Assembly (NCBI RefSeq): GCF_001465295.1
Contig: NZ_CP011035.1
Location: 450,001-482,000 of the forward strand
Reading direction: 5' to 3'
Origin: Pseudoalteromonas translucida KMM 520
GTDB taxonomy: Bacteria; Pseudomonadota; Gammaproteobacteria; Enterobacterales; Alteromonadaceae
Length of the DNA: 32,000 bases
Part shown: piece by piece, positions 1 through 9,284 of the stretch
Position numbering within the stretch: the stretch's first letter is position 1
Layout: each line of letters opens with the position of its first letter
The notes under the pieces: generated by a model
What the model was told of the DNA's origin: nothing
The model's input: the letters and a program-made list of their open reading frames with translations, nothing else
Database searches by the model: none
Translations under genes and position numbers: made by a program

Positions 1-1132
1 ATTTGAAACCTTAGATGATTTAAATGATGGCCACAATGTTATTACTACATTGTTGGATAATGACTGGTACAGAGGCCAAATTAACAATACCCAAAACGTC
101 ATGATAGGTTACTCAGACTCAGCAAAAGATGCCGGTATGATGGCAGCTGGTTGGGCGCAGTACGAAGCAATGGATAAGCTAGTGCAATTGGCCGACAAAC
201 GCGGCATAGAGCTGGTGTTATTTCATGGCCGTGGCGGTACGGTAGGGCGAGGTGGCGCACCCGCTGCACAAGCCCTACATTCACAACCACCGGGGTCATT
301 AAAAGGCGGGCTGCGTGTAACCGAGCAAGGCGAGATGATCCGCTTTAAATTTGGTTTACCCGATGTTGCGCTGCAAAGCTTAAATATTTACGCCGGTGCT
401 GTACTGCAAAGTAATTTATTACCACCGCCAGAGCCTAAACCACAATGGCGCGAAGTAATGGCTTTGATCAGCGAAGAGTCGTGCGAGCATTATCGTAACG
501 TGGTACGCTACGATGAAAACTTTGTACCTTACTTTAGAATGGCAACCCCAGAGCTTGAGCTTTCTAAACTGCCGCTTGGCTCGCGCCCTGCAAAACGAAA
601 CCCTACAGGTGGGGTCGAAAGCTTGCGGGCAATACCGTGGATTTTTGCATGGAGCCAAAACCGTTTAATGCTGCCAGCGTGGTTAGGCGCATTAACAGGA
701 TTACAAGCGGCCTTGGCAAAATACGGCGCTGAAACCTTGCAAGAAATGAGCTTGCAATGGCCATTTTTTAGATCGCGACTAGAAATGCTCGAAATGGTAT
801 TTAGTAAAGCCGACAGCTGGTTAAGCGAGCATTACGATAACGCGCTGGTGGAAGATATGTACAAACCACTTGGTGTTACTTTGCGCAAAGAGCTCGCAGA
901 AGCGATTAGTTTAGTACAGTCGCTTAGCCCGCAAAAAAGCTTATTGGCCGATCAGCCATGGATCAAAGAGTCAATTGCGCTGCGTAACCCTTATACCGAT
1001 CCGCTTAACGTGTTGCAGGTAGAGTTACTTCGCCGTGCGCGCTCAAGCGACAACGGCAGCGAGGGCGATATAGATAACGCGTTAATGATCACCATGACCG
1101 GCATAGCAGCAGGTATGCGCAATACTGGTTAA
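1..1132 (+). CDS. ppc: Phosphoenolpyruvate carboxylase, C-terminal ~376 codons (5' end lies outside the window)
   Basis: The frame is open from base 2 ([10 protein letters not shown]...). Hallmark PEPC motifs are present: [24 protein letters not shown] and the C-terminal ...[11 protein letters not shown]. Confidence 0.95.
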   Translation, partial: FETLDDLNDGHNVITTLLDNDWYRGQINNTQNVMIGYSDSAKDAGMMAAGWAQYEAMDKLVQLADKRGIELVLFHGRGGTVGRGGAPAAQALHSQPPGSLKGGLRVTEQGEMIRFKFGLPDVALQSLNIYAGAVLQSNLLPPPEPKPQWREVMALISEESCEHYRNVVRYDENFVPYFRMATPELELSKLPLGSRPAKRNPTGGVESLRAIPWIFAWSQNRLMLPAWLGALTGLQAALAKYGAETLQEMSLQWPFFRSRLEMLEMVFSKADSWLSEHYDNALVEDMYKPLGVTLRKELAEAISLVQSLSPQKSLLADQPWIKESIALRNPYTDPLNVLQVELLRRARSSDNGSEGDIDNALMITMTGIAAGMRNTG

Positions 1133-1147
1133 TAGCTAAATAAAAAT

Positions 1148-1183
1148 AAGGGGATTGCGCAGCGCCGTAACCCCTTTATTTTA
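1148..1183 (+). terminator. Rho-independent terminator after ppc
   Basis: Stem AAGGGG (1148-1153) pairs with CCCCTT (1171-1176) and is followed by TATTTTA. It sits 16 nt after the ppc stop. Confidence 0.65.
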
Positions 1184-1253
1184 TGCGTATACGCTGGCAT
1201 TTTATGCGCTAACCTTTTAAACTACTTAGCCATTGAATAACAAAAAATATATT

Positions 1254-2183
1254 ATGGCTTCAGCAACCTTTTTAGTACAAGCAAACACCGCACTTAGTAA
1301 TACCCACATCTCCTTAAGCGTAGCGCAAACACAGGCTTTACGTAGCCAATTAAAAACCCAGCGCGGCATTTTAAACGCAAATAATATTAACCAACTATGC
1401 ACGCAACTTAATGTAACAAACGACGCCTTATTACAAGGTATAGTGCCTTTAGCGTCTGAGTTTGCGGTAGCGCCCGTGTCGAACTTTCATGTGGGTGCAA
1501 TCGTTAAAGCACTTGATGAAAGCGGCGAGGTTAATTTTTACTTTGGTGCTAATGCCGAGTTTAACCGCCAAGCACTTAGTTTAGTGGTACACGCAGAGCA
1601 GTCTGCAATTAATAATGCGTGGTTAAATGGCGCGAAAAAAATACTAAAAATAGCGATTAGTGACGCACCTTGTGGTTATTGCCGCCAGTTTATGAATGAA
1701 TTAGCTGATGCGCGTGAACTTGATATTTTACTGCCCGAGCAGCAATTTAAACTTGCAGACTTGTTACCGCATTCGTTTGGCCCTACCGATTTAGGTAATC
1801 AGTACAGCTTATTTAATCCTGCCCCGCAAGCTCGCTCATTTAACAATACAGATGTAGATAAACAGCTGGCAGCCCATGCGTTAGCGGCTTATGTACCGTA
1901 TAGCCAAAACTACAGTGCAGTAAAAATCACTACATTTAACAACGGTGACTTTTATGGCAGTTACGCAGAAAACGCTGCATACAGCCCTAGCTTATCGCCA
2001 TTGCAAAGTGCATTAAGTCAGTTGTTTTTAGCCGGTTTGAGTTTTGATCAACATACTGTAAAGGGAATAACATTGTTAGAAACCGCTGGTCATGAAAACC
2101 AAGCAGGAGTGGCTCAAGCAGTGTTGGCAAACCTTGTAAACTTACCACCACTTGAGCTAATTAGTGCGCCATTAAGTGAGTAA
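1254..2183 (+). CDS. cdd: Cytidine deaminase, two-domain homodimeric (E. coli Cdd) type
   Basis: Zinc-site motifs VHAEQSAI and [12 protein letters not shown] are followed by a second pseudo-catalytic domain ([11 protein letters not shown]). Length matches E. coli Cdd. ATG at 1254 is preferred over the upstream in-frame TTG at 1233. Confidence 0.9.
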   Translation: MASATFLVQANTALSNTHISLSVAQTQALRSQLKTQRGILNANNINQLCTQLNVTNDALLQGIVPLASEFAVAPVSNFHVGAIVKALDESGEVNFYFGANAEFNRQALSLVVHAEQSAINNAWLNGAKKILKIAISDAPCGYCRQFMNELADARELDILLPEQQFKLADLLPHSFGPTDLGNQYSLFNPAPQARSFNNTDVDKQLAAHALAAYVPYSQNYSAVKITTFNNGDFYGSYAENAAYSPSLSPLQSALSQLFLAGLSFDQHTVKGITLLETAGHENQAGVAQAVLANLVNLPPLELISAPLSE

Positions 2184-2213
2184 CTTGGCAAACTGACGCA
2201 CTAAAAAGTACTG

Positions 2214-2972
2214 TTACTTAGCGAGCAGTACTTTAGCTGCTTCTAATACTACCGCAACTGATTTTCTTTCAATTTCGCCGTGGTCAACATTAGGAATTTC
2301 TTGGCGAGTACGATTAACCAATACACCGGCTACACACGCTGCTTGTAAACCAAGTGCCGCACACATAGTAAATAAGGTTGCCGATTCCATTTCGTAGTTC
2401 ATCACACCCAATTTTTGCCACTCTTCGCAGCTGCCTTGTAACGACTTTGGTACATAACCAGAGTGCGTATCGTAACGCTCTTGCCCCGGGTAAAATGTGT
2501 CGCTTGATGCAGTAATACCAATATGAAAATCGATATTAAGGTTTTCACAGGCTTTAACCATAGCTTGGGTAGCAAAAAAGTCAGATACCGCAGGGTAGCT
2601 AAGCGGCGCAAAATGCTGGCTTGCACCATCTAAACGCACAGAGGCTTGGCTAATTAAAATATCGCCTTCGTTAATGTGTGGTTGAATTGCGCCAGTAGTA
2701 CCAATACGCAAAAAGCTGTGCACGCCAAGTTGGGCTAATTCTTCAACGGCAATCGACGTCGATGGACCACCAATACCGGTAGAGCATATAACCACAGAAT
2801 GGCCATTAAGCTCACCTAAATAAACATGAAATTCACGCGTTTTAGCCAGGCAAGTTGGGTTATCTAAAAATTGCGAAATACGTGCAGCACGATCCGGGTC
2901 GCCCGGAACAATAGCCAGTTTTGCACCTTTAAGATCGTCAATACATAACCCTAAGTGAAATACCTTTTCCAT
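2214..2972 (-). CDS. udp: Uridine phosphorylase
   Basis: 252 aa, collinear with E. coli Udp. Matching stretches include [52 protein letters not shown] and [10 protein letters not shown]. Confidence 0.95.
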   Translation of the reverse strand: MEKVFHLGLCIDDLKGAKLAIVPGDPDRAARISQFLDNPTCLAKTREFHVYLGELNGHSVVICSTGIGGPSTSIAVEELAQLGVHSFLRIGTTGAIQPHINEGDILISQASVRLDGASQHFAPLSYPAVSDFFATQAMVKACENLNIDFHIGITASSDTFYPGQERYDTHSGYVPKSLQGSCEEWQKLGVMNYEMESATLFTMCAALGLQAACVAGVLVNRTRQEIPNVDHGEIERKSVAVVLEAAKVLLAK

Positions 2973-3388
2973 AACTAAGCCTTTATAAAATTACTATCAA
3001 TTTAGCATCATTACTATAATTGTTTGTTTAGTACAGGACGTATGTCCGTGTTGATTTGTTTTGATTTATTCACCCACATTGAATATTCAAGCATATATTA
3101 AAATTACCCGTAAAATGAGGCAGTTGACTTGTATAGGCAGACATTATATTGATCATCTAAAGTAATGAGTAAATTATCATAAACAACAGGCACATTTGCA
3201 CTAAGTTGTTTTTATTCATATGGTTAGTTGTTATTTTTGGATGGTATACATATTAGTGAAGCAAGGCTAATTGAACGTTAGTTTGCTTTTAGCAAGCAGT
3301 ACTAATGTTATTGTTAGTATTTAAATATTAGCAATTTTGCATAACTAATCAGTACCACGCAAAACATATAGATTTATAAGGGTTTACC

Positions 3389-4498
3389 ATGAGCACCGAA
3401 TTTCAGGAATTTAAAAGCAAAATTGAGCATTGTTTGTGCGCACCAGGTGATGGTGTATATACAGTTAACACTGCAAAAGAGCGCAAAGCTGCATTAAGAA
3501 ATAAGCTGTATGGGCAAACCGAAAACATTGGTCCATTATGGCGTGAGTCGCTTAACGAATTACCCAATTCGCCGCATAAAGCGGTTATGCTAGGTATTAG
3601 CTCAGATTGTGGCGGCGGTATTTTACGTGGCGCAAACTGGGGGCCGTTATTTTTACGCTCAGCGTTACTCGATCAGCAACCTCAGTGCCGCTCATTCGAT
3701 TTAGGCGACGTACGCGTTATTCCTCATTTATTACATGATAAATACTTAAACAAAGCCACCATAACCAATTGTCAAAAAGCATTATACGGCAACGAAAATA
3801 ACGACTATTACGTTAGCCCACTGTCGATTACTGAAGATGTATGCGACAGCTTTTATGCAACGTTTGAAAATAAAGGCATTTTTGGTATTGGCGGCGACCA
3901 TTCAATTAGTTACCCATTAACAAAAGCGTATTTAAAAGCTAAGCGCGCACAAGGCAAGCGTACCGCGATTATTCACTTTGATGCCCATACCGACCTATTG
4001 GTTGAGCGCTTAGGTATTGATTTATGTTTTGGCTCTTGGTGTACGCATATTTTAGAGTTTTTACCTGCGCCACATCATTTAATTCAATTTGGTATTCGTT
4101 CAAGCGGTAAACCAAAAGAGCATTGGGAAAGCACCTTTGGTGTTAAACAACATTGGGCGCATGAAATTATAGAGCGCGGTGCAGCAGCCGTTGCCGCAGA
4201 TGCCATTGCCCAGCTTAAAGCCGACAACGTTGACGAAGTGTATGTTAGCTTTGATATTGACGCCCTTGATGAAAAATTTGCCTCTGCAACAGGCACACCA
4301 GAGGCAAACGGCTTAACGCCACAGCACGCACTGGATATTTTATCAGCCATAGCCGATGAATTTCCGATTACCGGTGCCGATATGATGGAAATTGCGCCTT
4401 TTACCGACAGCTCGCTAGTAGGGCAGTCAAGTTCAGAAACCACTTTACGCGAGGGCGCTAAAATTTCGGCGTTTTTAATTAGTGCGATGAACAAGTAA
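3389..4498 (+). CDS. Arginase/agmatinase/formimidoylglutamase-family ureohydrolase (substrate unknown)
   Basis: A complete binuclear Mn-site signature is present: GGDHSISYP, HFDAHTDL and SFDIDALD. There is a ~100-aa N-terminal extension. GGG lies upstream of the ATG. Confidence 0.85.
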   Translation: MSTEFQEFKSKIEHCLCAPGDGVYTVNTAKERKAALRNKLYGQTENIGPLWRESLNELPNSPHKAVMLGISSDCGGGILRGANWGPLFLRSALLDQQPQCRSFDLGDVRVIPHLLHDKYLNKATITNCQKALYGNENNDYYVSPLSITEDVCDSFYATFENKGIFGIGGDHSISYPLTKAYLKAKRAQGKRTAIIHFDAHTDLLVERLGIDLCFGSWCTHILEFLPAPHHLIQFGIRSSGKPKEHWESTFGVKQHWAHEIIERGAAAVAADAIAQLKADNVDEVYVSFDIDALDEKFASATGTPEANGLTPQHALDILSAIADEFPITGADMMEIAPFTDSSLVGQSSSETTLREGAKISAFLISAMNK

Positions 4499-4503
4499 CC
4501 TTA

Positions 4504-4534
4504 AAGCAGGTCGAAAGGCCTGCTTATTGTATTG
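4504..4534 (+). terminator. Hairpin terminator after the ureohydrolase gene
   Basis: AAGCAGG (4504-4510) pairs with CCTGCTT (4519-4525) and is followed by a T-rich tail. It starts 6 nt after the stop. Confidence 0.55.
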
Positions 4535-4640
4535 ATAATAAAAGCCTTTTAATAAATATTAAATTTAAATTGCCCCGTTTAAAAAAGCGACTATAATCCA
4601 GCTGCTTTTGCTATAAAAGCGTATTTTATTGGAGCTATAA

Positions 4641-5942
4641 ATGGGTGATTTAGTCGGGATTGGCTTATTAATCTTGATCAGTGCGTTGTTTGCAATGTCG
4701 GAAATTGCGATTGCAGCATCGCGTAAAATAAAGTTAAGAGTAATGGCTGATGAGGGCAATGTTCAAGCAGCAGCAGTATTAAAGCTACAAGAACAACCTG
4801 GGGCATTTTTTGCCATGATCCAAATAACCCTTAATGCTATTGCTATATTAGGCGGCATTGTGGGTGAGCAAGCACTTTCGCCTTATGTGCAAAATGTTTT
4901 GCAGTTTTTTTATCAAGGCCCATTACTGGCACAAATTAGTTTTTTACTGTCGTTTTTAACCATTACCTCACTGTTTATTTTATTTGCAGACTTACTACCA
5001 AAGCGTTTGGCGATGATTTTGCCAGAGGCCGTTGCTGTGCGCGTGGTAACAATAATGCGCTGGGTTACCTATGCCTTAACGCCCTTGGTATTATTTTTTA
5101 ATGGTTTAACAAATATTATTTTGCGTATTTTTAAAGTACCTAGCGAGCGCGAAGATATTGTAACCACAGAAGACATTGTTGCCATGATGGATGCTGGTGC
5201 AGAATACGGCAGCCTACAACAACAAGAATACGATTTAATTGGTAACGTATTTGACCTAGAAGCGCGCTTTATATCGAGTGTAATGTCGCCGCGCGACCAA
5301 ATAGTTTATTTTGATATTAATGAATCGAGCCATGACATTGCCCGCAAAATAATAGAGCACCCACATAACCACTTTTTAGTGTGTAACGATAATTTAGATA
5401 AGTTAATCGGCTCTGTAGAATCAAAAGATATTTTACGCCAAGTACTCAAAGGCGATGCGGCAAATATTAATAGCGAAATGCTCGAAAAAGATATTTTTTA
5501 TCTGCCCGAAACCCTCAGTTTATCAGAGGCATTAAATGCGTTTAAAACAGCCGTACAGCCTTTTGCTGTAGTAGTTAACGAATACGCATTAGTGGTAGGC
5601 ATAGTAACAGTAAAAGATTTAATGAAAGGCTTTATGGGCGACTTAATTACTCACAGCGATGATGAGTTAATTGTTGAGCGCGACCCAAACTCCTGGTTAG
5701 TTGATGGTTTAACCCCCATAGTTGAGTTGGCTAAAGTACTTGATATTGATGAGTTTCCTCACCAGAGTCATTACGAAACCGTGGCCGGTTATTTAATTTA
5801 TACCATGAAGCGTATTCCAAAACGTGCAGAATACATTCAATACGCCGGCTTTAAATTTGAAGTGGTAGATGTTGAAGGCATTCGGGTTGAGCAGTTACTG
5901 GTATCAAAAATAGTACCCACGCCCGAGCCAACACAAAGCTAA
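4641..5942 (+). CDS. paeA: CNNM/TlyC-family membrane protein (DUF21-CBS pair-CorC_HlyC), orthologue of E. coli YtfL/PaeA polyamine exporter
   Basis: 433 aa, collinear with E. coli YtfL. Matching stretches include SEIAIAASRKIKL, LNAIAILGGIVGE, FADLLPKR, NEYALVVGIVT, ENSW/PNSWLVDG and KIPKR...KFEVVD. Confidence 0.9.
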   Translation: MGDLVGIGLLILISALFAMSEIAIAASRKIKLRVMADEGNVQAAAVLKLQEQPGAFFAMIQITLNAIAILGGIVGEQALSPYVQNVLQFFYQGPLLAQISFLLSFLTITSLFILFADLLPKRLAMILPEAVAVRVVTIMRWVTYALTPLVLFFNGLTNIILRIFKVPSEREDIVTTEDIVAMMDAGAEYGSLQQQEYDLIGNVFDLEARFISSVMSPRDQIVYFDINESSHDIARKIIEHPHNHFLVCNDNLDKLIGSVESKDILRQVLKGDAANINSEMLEKDIFYLPETLSLSEALNAFKTAVQPFAVVVNEYALVVGIVTVKDLMKGFMGDLITHSDDELIVERDPNSWLVDGLTPIVELAKVLDIDEFPHQSHYETVAGYLIYTMKRIPKRAEYIQYAGFKFEVVDVEGIRVEQLLVSKIVPTPEPTQS

Positions 5943-6001
5943 GTACAAACTAACTCAGCTGGTCATTAGCAAGTAAAGGCCAGCAGTAAAAATCACAAAG
6001 T

Positions 6002-6036
6002 AAAAACACCTTATTTTATTATTTTAAGGTGTTTTT
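6002..6036. terminator. Bidirectional-type hairpin terminator after paeA
   Basis: AAAAACACCTTA (6002-6013) pairs with TAAGGTGTTTTT (6025-6036), giving an A-run/stem/T-run architecture. Confidence 0.7.
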
Positions 6037-6038
6037 AC

Positions 6039-6306
6039 GTAGGTTGGTTTGAGCGCAGCGAAACCCAACAAAAAAAGGCAGCCTCAGTTAACATTAGCGT
6101 TATGTATTATCGATTACCTAAAAAGTACCGAATGTAGGTCGGATAAGCGAAGCGCCATCCGACACAGTAAAATATCTTGCCAATTATTATCAGCATTTTA
6201 TGTTATTGAATGGCTGGAAAGTGCCAACAGTGGACATTGGTAGCGCCCATTAAAGCGGCTGATAATTGTTTGCTAAAATGTGTAGCGAAGCGAAACCGAG
6301 CAAACA
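6039..6306. repeat. Cluster of REP-like palindromic units (three units)
   Basis: Unit 1 is GTAGGTTGGTTTGAGCGCAGCGAAACCCAACAA (6039-6072). Unit 2 is TGTAGGTCGGATAAGCGAAGCGCCATCCGACAC (6133-6165), which has the same architecture as enterobacterial REP (GTAGG-stem-AAGCG..GCGCC-stem). Unit 3 is the TGTTTGCT...AGCAAACA inverted repeat (6267-6306) with a GTAGCGAAGCGAAACC core. Confidence 0.7.
6133..6226 (+). repeat. ~95-bp composite repeat, copy 1 (REP hairpin plus ~60-nt tail)
   Basis: About 90% identical by eye to 18994-19090 in the same orientation. Differences are a few substitutions and a 3-bp TAT indel. Confidence 0.8.
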
Positions 6307-6337
6307 GCAAGTCCCATTTTAAATTCTTGTTATATTT

Positions 6338-7262
6338 TCAATACCCACAAATATCTGATTTAGCAAATGCAGCTCTTGTTCGAAATTTATCTAGAGACAC
6401 AATTACACCTTCTAAATCATATAATTTGACAATTTCTTCAGCAAAATCGATGAAATTAAGAAAATACAAACTACTCAACAAGTTATCAATAAAATTACAT
6501 TTACTGAAAATATGTAAAAAGTTAGAAGTTATCTCTTTTTTGTTATCAGCATGGAATCTAGCACTCCTTAACTCTAAGTCATATGCTTCTTGATACCCTT
6601 CAGAAAAATCTAAATGCCTAGCAAAGTAAAAAAGAGCATTGAGATCCGCTAAATACTCTGGTGTAAGTGAATTATATAAAGCTTCTAAGGTTTCTTTTTT
6701 TACTTCATTACGTAAGGTCATCTCTTCAAAAAAACTCGTATCAAAGGATGTAAAAGAAACCTCTTGGTGGCTTCTATCTCTGAAATTGGGGTTTAATTTA
6801 ACCCAATAACTTAATAGTTCTAATATTTGTGCTTCGGTTAAGCCCAGTAAAGTTAAATCATGTTTTACTAAGTATGCTGTTTCATAGTTTTTTTGAATTA
6901 AGTTGCAATGTAGTGGTCAGGAAATGATTTAACCGTAATTTCAATCTGCGTATTTTTAGTTAATGCGTTAGCGTCAAACAGCTCGGTTTTACTAAAACGA
7001 GTTAGCCCTTTAATATTTGAAGACTTCTTTTCAGCCAACCTTTTTTCACCAGTTTTAAAAGTTCTGCATAAAGCTTTTTTCTGAGTTTAACAGGATCTAA
7101 AGAATCATCATTTTTTAACGTAATATATGATGATCTGACTTCGCTCGTGGTGAAGTTATCAAAGTTGGGCGCAACAATTATTTGAACCACTAAAACATCA
7201 ATTTTCAATAAAACACATCGCTCCGATGGCGGAGCAGTTTTAGGCTTTTTTATTTGTGACAA
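6338..7262 (-). pseudogene. Hypothetical protein gene broken by two frameshifts (three consecutive open frames on the minus strand)
   Basis: Frame A runs 7262->7002 (..KLRKKLYAELLKLVKKGWLKRS). Frame B runs ~7090->6898 (..SNIKGLTRFSKTELFDANALTKNTQIEITVKSFPDHYIAT*). Frame C is open from 6916 to 6338, with no canonical start codon (ATG, GTG or TTG) before the ATG at 6721. Each frame overlaps the next by a few codons. I recognise no family. The region is AT-rich. Confidence 0.5.
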
Positions 7263-7292
7263 TCAAGCTCCGATATCAGAGCAAGAAAAGTT

Positions 7293-7514
7293 ATGAATAT
7301 TGTTGGTAAAAACGTAAGGACAATTCGTGAGACTAAAGGTTGGACTCAAGAGCAACTTGTAGCTAAGTGCAACCTTATTGATTGGCAAATTAGTAGAAGT
7401 ACTTTGGCTAAAATAGAAACTAATGCGGGAAGAGTAACAGATATTGAAGTACAGAAATTGTCTGTTGCACTGAATGTGCTGATTAATGAGTTGTTTTTAA
7501 ATTTAATAGGTTAA
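7293..7514 (+). CDS. XRE/Cro-C1 family helix-turn-helix transcriptional regulator
   Basis: 73 aa with a canonical HTH_3 pattern (IRETKGWTQEQLVAKCNLIDWQISRSTLAKIE). It is divergent from the broken gene with only ~30 bp between the ORFs. Confidence 0.85.
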   Translation: MNIVGKNVRTIRETKGWTQEQLVAKCNLIDWQISRSTLAKIETNAGRVTDIEVQKLSVALNVLINELFLNLIG

Positions 7515-7867
7515 TTTGTTATTGAAAGTTGGTCAAATAAAGTCTGAATTGTAGTAGATATAATGTTAATCACAGCTATTTAAAGTATTTATCATCAGTG
7601 CGGTGCCGCCCAATTACATTTAAGTTTATTACCCTAAAAAACTTTAAGCATTTAAAAAATCAGACGTAATAATGTATTTACTTCATAGCTTCTGTGAGCG
7701 CACTACTGACCTAAATGAGTACTCAAAACAAGGCGCATTTATGTTCACTTTGATACGAATATAGTTAACATCAATAGATATTGAGGCTGTTTACAGTGTT
7801 CAATCTATTTGATCTTGACAGACAACTAAGCCATATGCGCAGTCGTAGAGGCGTCAAATAAAAAGTG

Positions 7868-7945
7868 CAGCTATTCCCGGCATTGCAGTCGTTCACATAA
7901 TTGTATTGGTATGACTACAGTGCTGACGGCAGCTGGCTTTTTCTT
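7868..7945 (+). other. Long imperfect stem-loop followed by a T-run (candidate sRNA 3' end or orphan terminator)
   Basis: CAGCT...GCATTGCAGTC (7868-7890) pairs with GACTACAGTGC...AGCTG (7913-7935) with several G-U pairs and mismatches, followed by CTTTTTCTT. It lies in a 545-bp stretch with no ORF of 60 aa or more. Confidence 0.3.
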
Positions 7946-8005
7946 AAGGTCAACTGATCAGCTAAAAGCTGACATATATTCTCTACCTTTATGGTCTATA
8001 AAACT

Positions 8006-8033
8006 AAAAAACACCTATTAATAGGTGTTTTTT
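8006..8033. terminator. Perfect 28-nt palindromic terminator downstream of VOC copy A
   Basis: The sequence is AAAAAACACCTATT|AATAGGTGTTTTTT. It lies 27 bp past the stop of the minus-strand gene ending at 8061. Confidence 0.7.
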
Positions 8034-8060
8034 AGTTTTGCTAGGTGCGTTACCGCGTCA

Positions 8061-8444
8061 TTACGCTGCTTTAAAGCAGTACACAGCAAGTTTGTTACCA
8101 TCTAAATCACGTGTGTAAGCTGCATAGGCATGAGGAGCCCAATCGCGAGTACCCGGTGCGCCTTCATCAGGACAACCCGCTGCTAAAGCTGCTGCGTGAA
8201 ATGCGTCGATAGCTGCACGATTAGGTGCTTCAAAGCTAACCATAGTACCGTTACCCACAGTTGCAGGCTGGCCATTCGCTGGCTTAAGTACAAAGAATGA
8301 AGGTGCGTCTATGCCCCAAATTGAACCATTGTCATCTAAATCGGCAATGCGCTTAAGACCAATGGTGCTTAAAACGGTGTCGTAGAAGGCGCGGGCTTTG
8401 TTTAAGTCGTTAGTGCCAAGTGTTGTATGTGTATATATGCTCAT
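8061..8444 (-). CDS. VOC (glyoxalase/bleomycin-resistance/dioxygenase) family protein, copy A
   Basis: 127 aa small single-domain VOC-like protein (HTTLGTNDLNKARAFYD...RDLDGNKLAVYC). It is a paralogue of 10723-11106. Confidence 0.85.
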   Translation of the reverse strand: MSIYTHTTLGTNDLNKARAFYDTVLSTIGLKRIADLDDNGSIWGIDAPSFFVLKPANGQPATVGNGTMVSFEAPNRAAIDAFHAAALAAGCPDEGAPGTRDWAPHAYAAYTRDLDGNKLAVYCFKAA

Positions 8445-8473
8445 AGTGTATTCCTCAGAAAAATTAATAAAAG

Positions 8474-8890
8474 TTATTTAGGTGTAAACATGCTATCTGC
8501 GGTGCGGTGTGCGGTATAAACGGCTTCACCATCACTTTCGGCATCAAATATAACGGTAACATTAGGGGTGAATAGAACAACGTCACCTACTTCTGCTACA
8601 TATTTGTTACCTTGTAAGTCGCGCATCACAATCTTGCCTTTGGTGATGACTTTATATTCGACAAATTCATAAACAAATTCGAACTCAACGCCAGGTTGCA
8701 TGGCAAAAAAGCCTACGGTTAAGCCATTTGAATTATCGGTGACAGTCACTTCTGCCATCTGACTTTTTAGGTTATTAACTTCAAGTAAGCCCGCTAGATC
8801 GTTTAACTTAAACGTACCCGCTTTAAACAGTTGAATACTCGGCTCTTGAGCTAGTTTAGTTGCATTATTTTCATTTACAGACAGAGTCAT
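8474..8890 (-). CDS. Cupin-domain protein (EutQ/DUF861-like)
   Basis: 138 aa with a beta-rich C-terminal pattern (G..VGFFAMQPG..FEFVYEF.EYKVITKGKIV...AEVGDVVLFTPN) typical of small cupins. It lies 29 bp upstream of VOC copy A, so the two are probably co-transcribed. Confidence 0.6.
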   Translation of the reverse strand: MTLSVNENNATKLAQEPSIQLFKAGTFKLNDLAGLLEVNNLKSQMAEVTVTDNSNGLTVGFFAMQPGVEFEFVYEFVEYKVITKGKIVMRDLQGNKYVAEVGDVVLFTPNVTVIFDAESDGEAVYTAHRTADSMFTPK

Positions 8891-9284
8891 TTTTTAATCC
8901 TAATATGGTGTACTGAAAAATCAGTATCTATAAATCGTGTGTTGATTTTAATACTATAGAGCCGATGCATTGCTGCTGTCTGACTCATGGCGGCTACTTT
9001 ACATTGTTTATGAGAAATGATAACCACCATAAAAACCAAATGACTTTTACCTGACAGTAATAATAATAAAAACATTGAATGTCAGAGTTTTATCAGGTTA
9101 ACAGAAAAACTTTGGCAAGGAATAAAGTGGGGGCAGTGGCTTAGCAGGTTGGTTAAAACAGGAGAAAGCTGAGGTACGTAGTTAAGTATTAACTAAGCAT
9201 TAATACCGCAGTAATCAAGTTACCGCGGCATTATTTAGAAGCTGCTTTAGGTTTAGTTAACGTTTAGGGAATTTTAAAATAACC

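Noticed and set aside
99-658. Minus-strand ORFs 99..299 and 419..658 inside ppc
   Set aside because: They lie entirely antisense to a strongly supported ppc frame. They have odd composition and no start context, so they are shadow ORFs.
2402-2629. Second minus-strand ORF inside udp
   Set aside because: It is an alternative frame of the same strand within a gene whose main frame matches Udp end to end, so it is spurious.
4084-4759. Antisense ORFs 4084..4494 and 4565..4759
   Set aside because: The first is a shadow of the ureohydrolase frame. The second spans the terminator and promoter region and the start of paeA. Neither resembles a known family.
6049-6593. Plus-strand ORFs 6049..6243 and 6210..6593
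   Set aside because: The first reads straight through REP palindromes; the same peptide [13 protein letters not shown] recurs at the other REP copy. The second is antisense to the more protein-like minus-strand frame and is low-complexity.
6002-8033. Similar A-run/CACCT...AGGTG/T-run hairpins at 6002-6036 and 8006-8033 as att-like duplications bracketing the AT-rich islet
   Set aside because: Both are well placed as ordinary bidirectional terminators for paeA and VOC copy A. The shared core is only about 10 nt of a generic terminator shape. A third, similar hairpin occurs at 26960-27010, so the resemblance is probably coincidental.
8887-9075. ORF 8887..9075 (62 aa) upstream of the cupin gene
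   Set aside because: It has a leucine-run, low-complexity start and lies in the cupin promoter region. It has no RBS or family resemblance.
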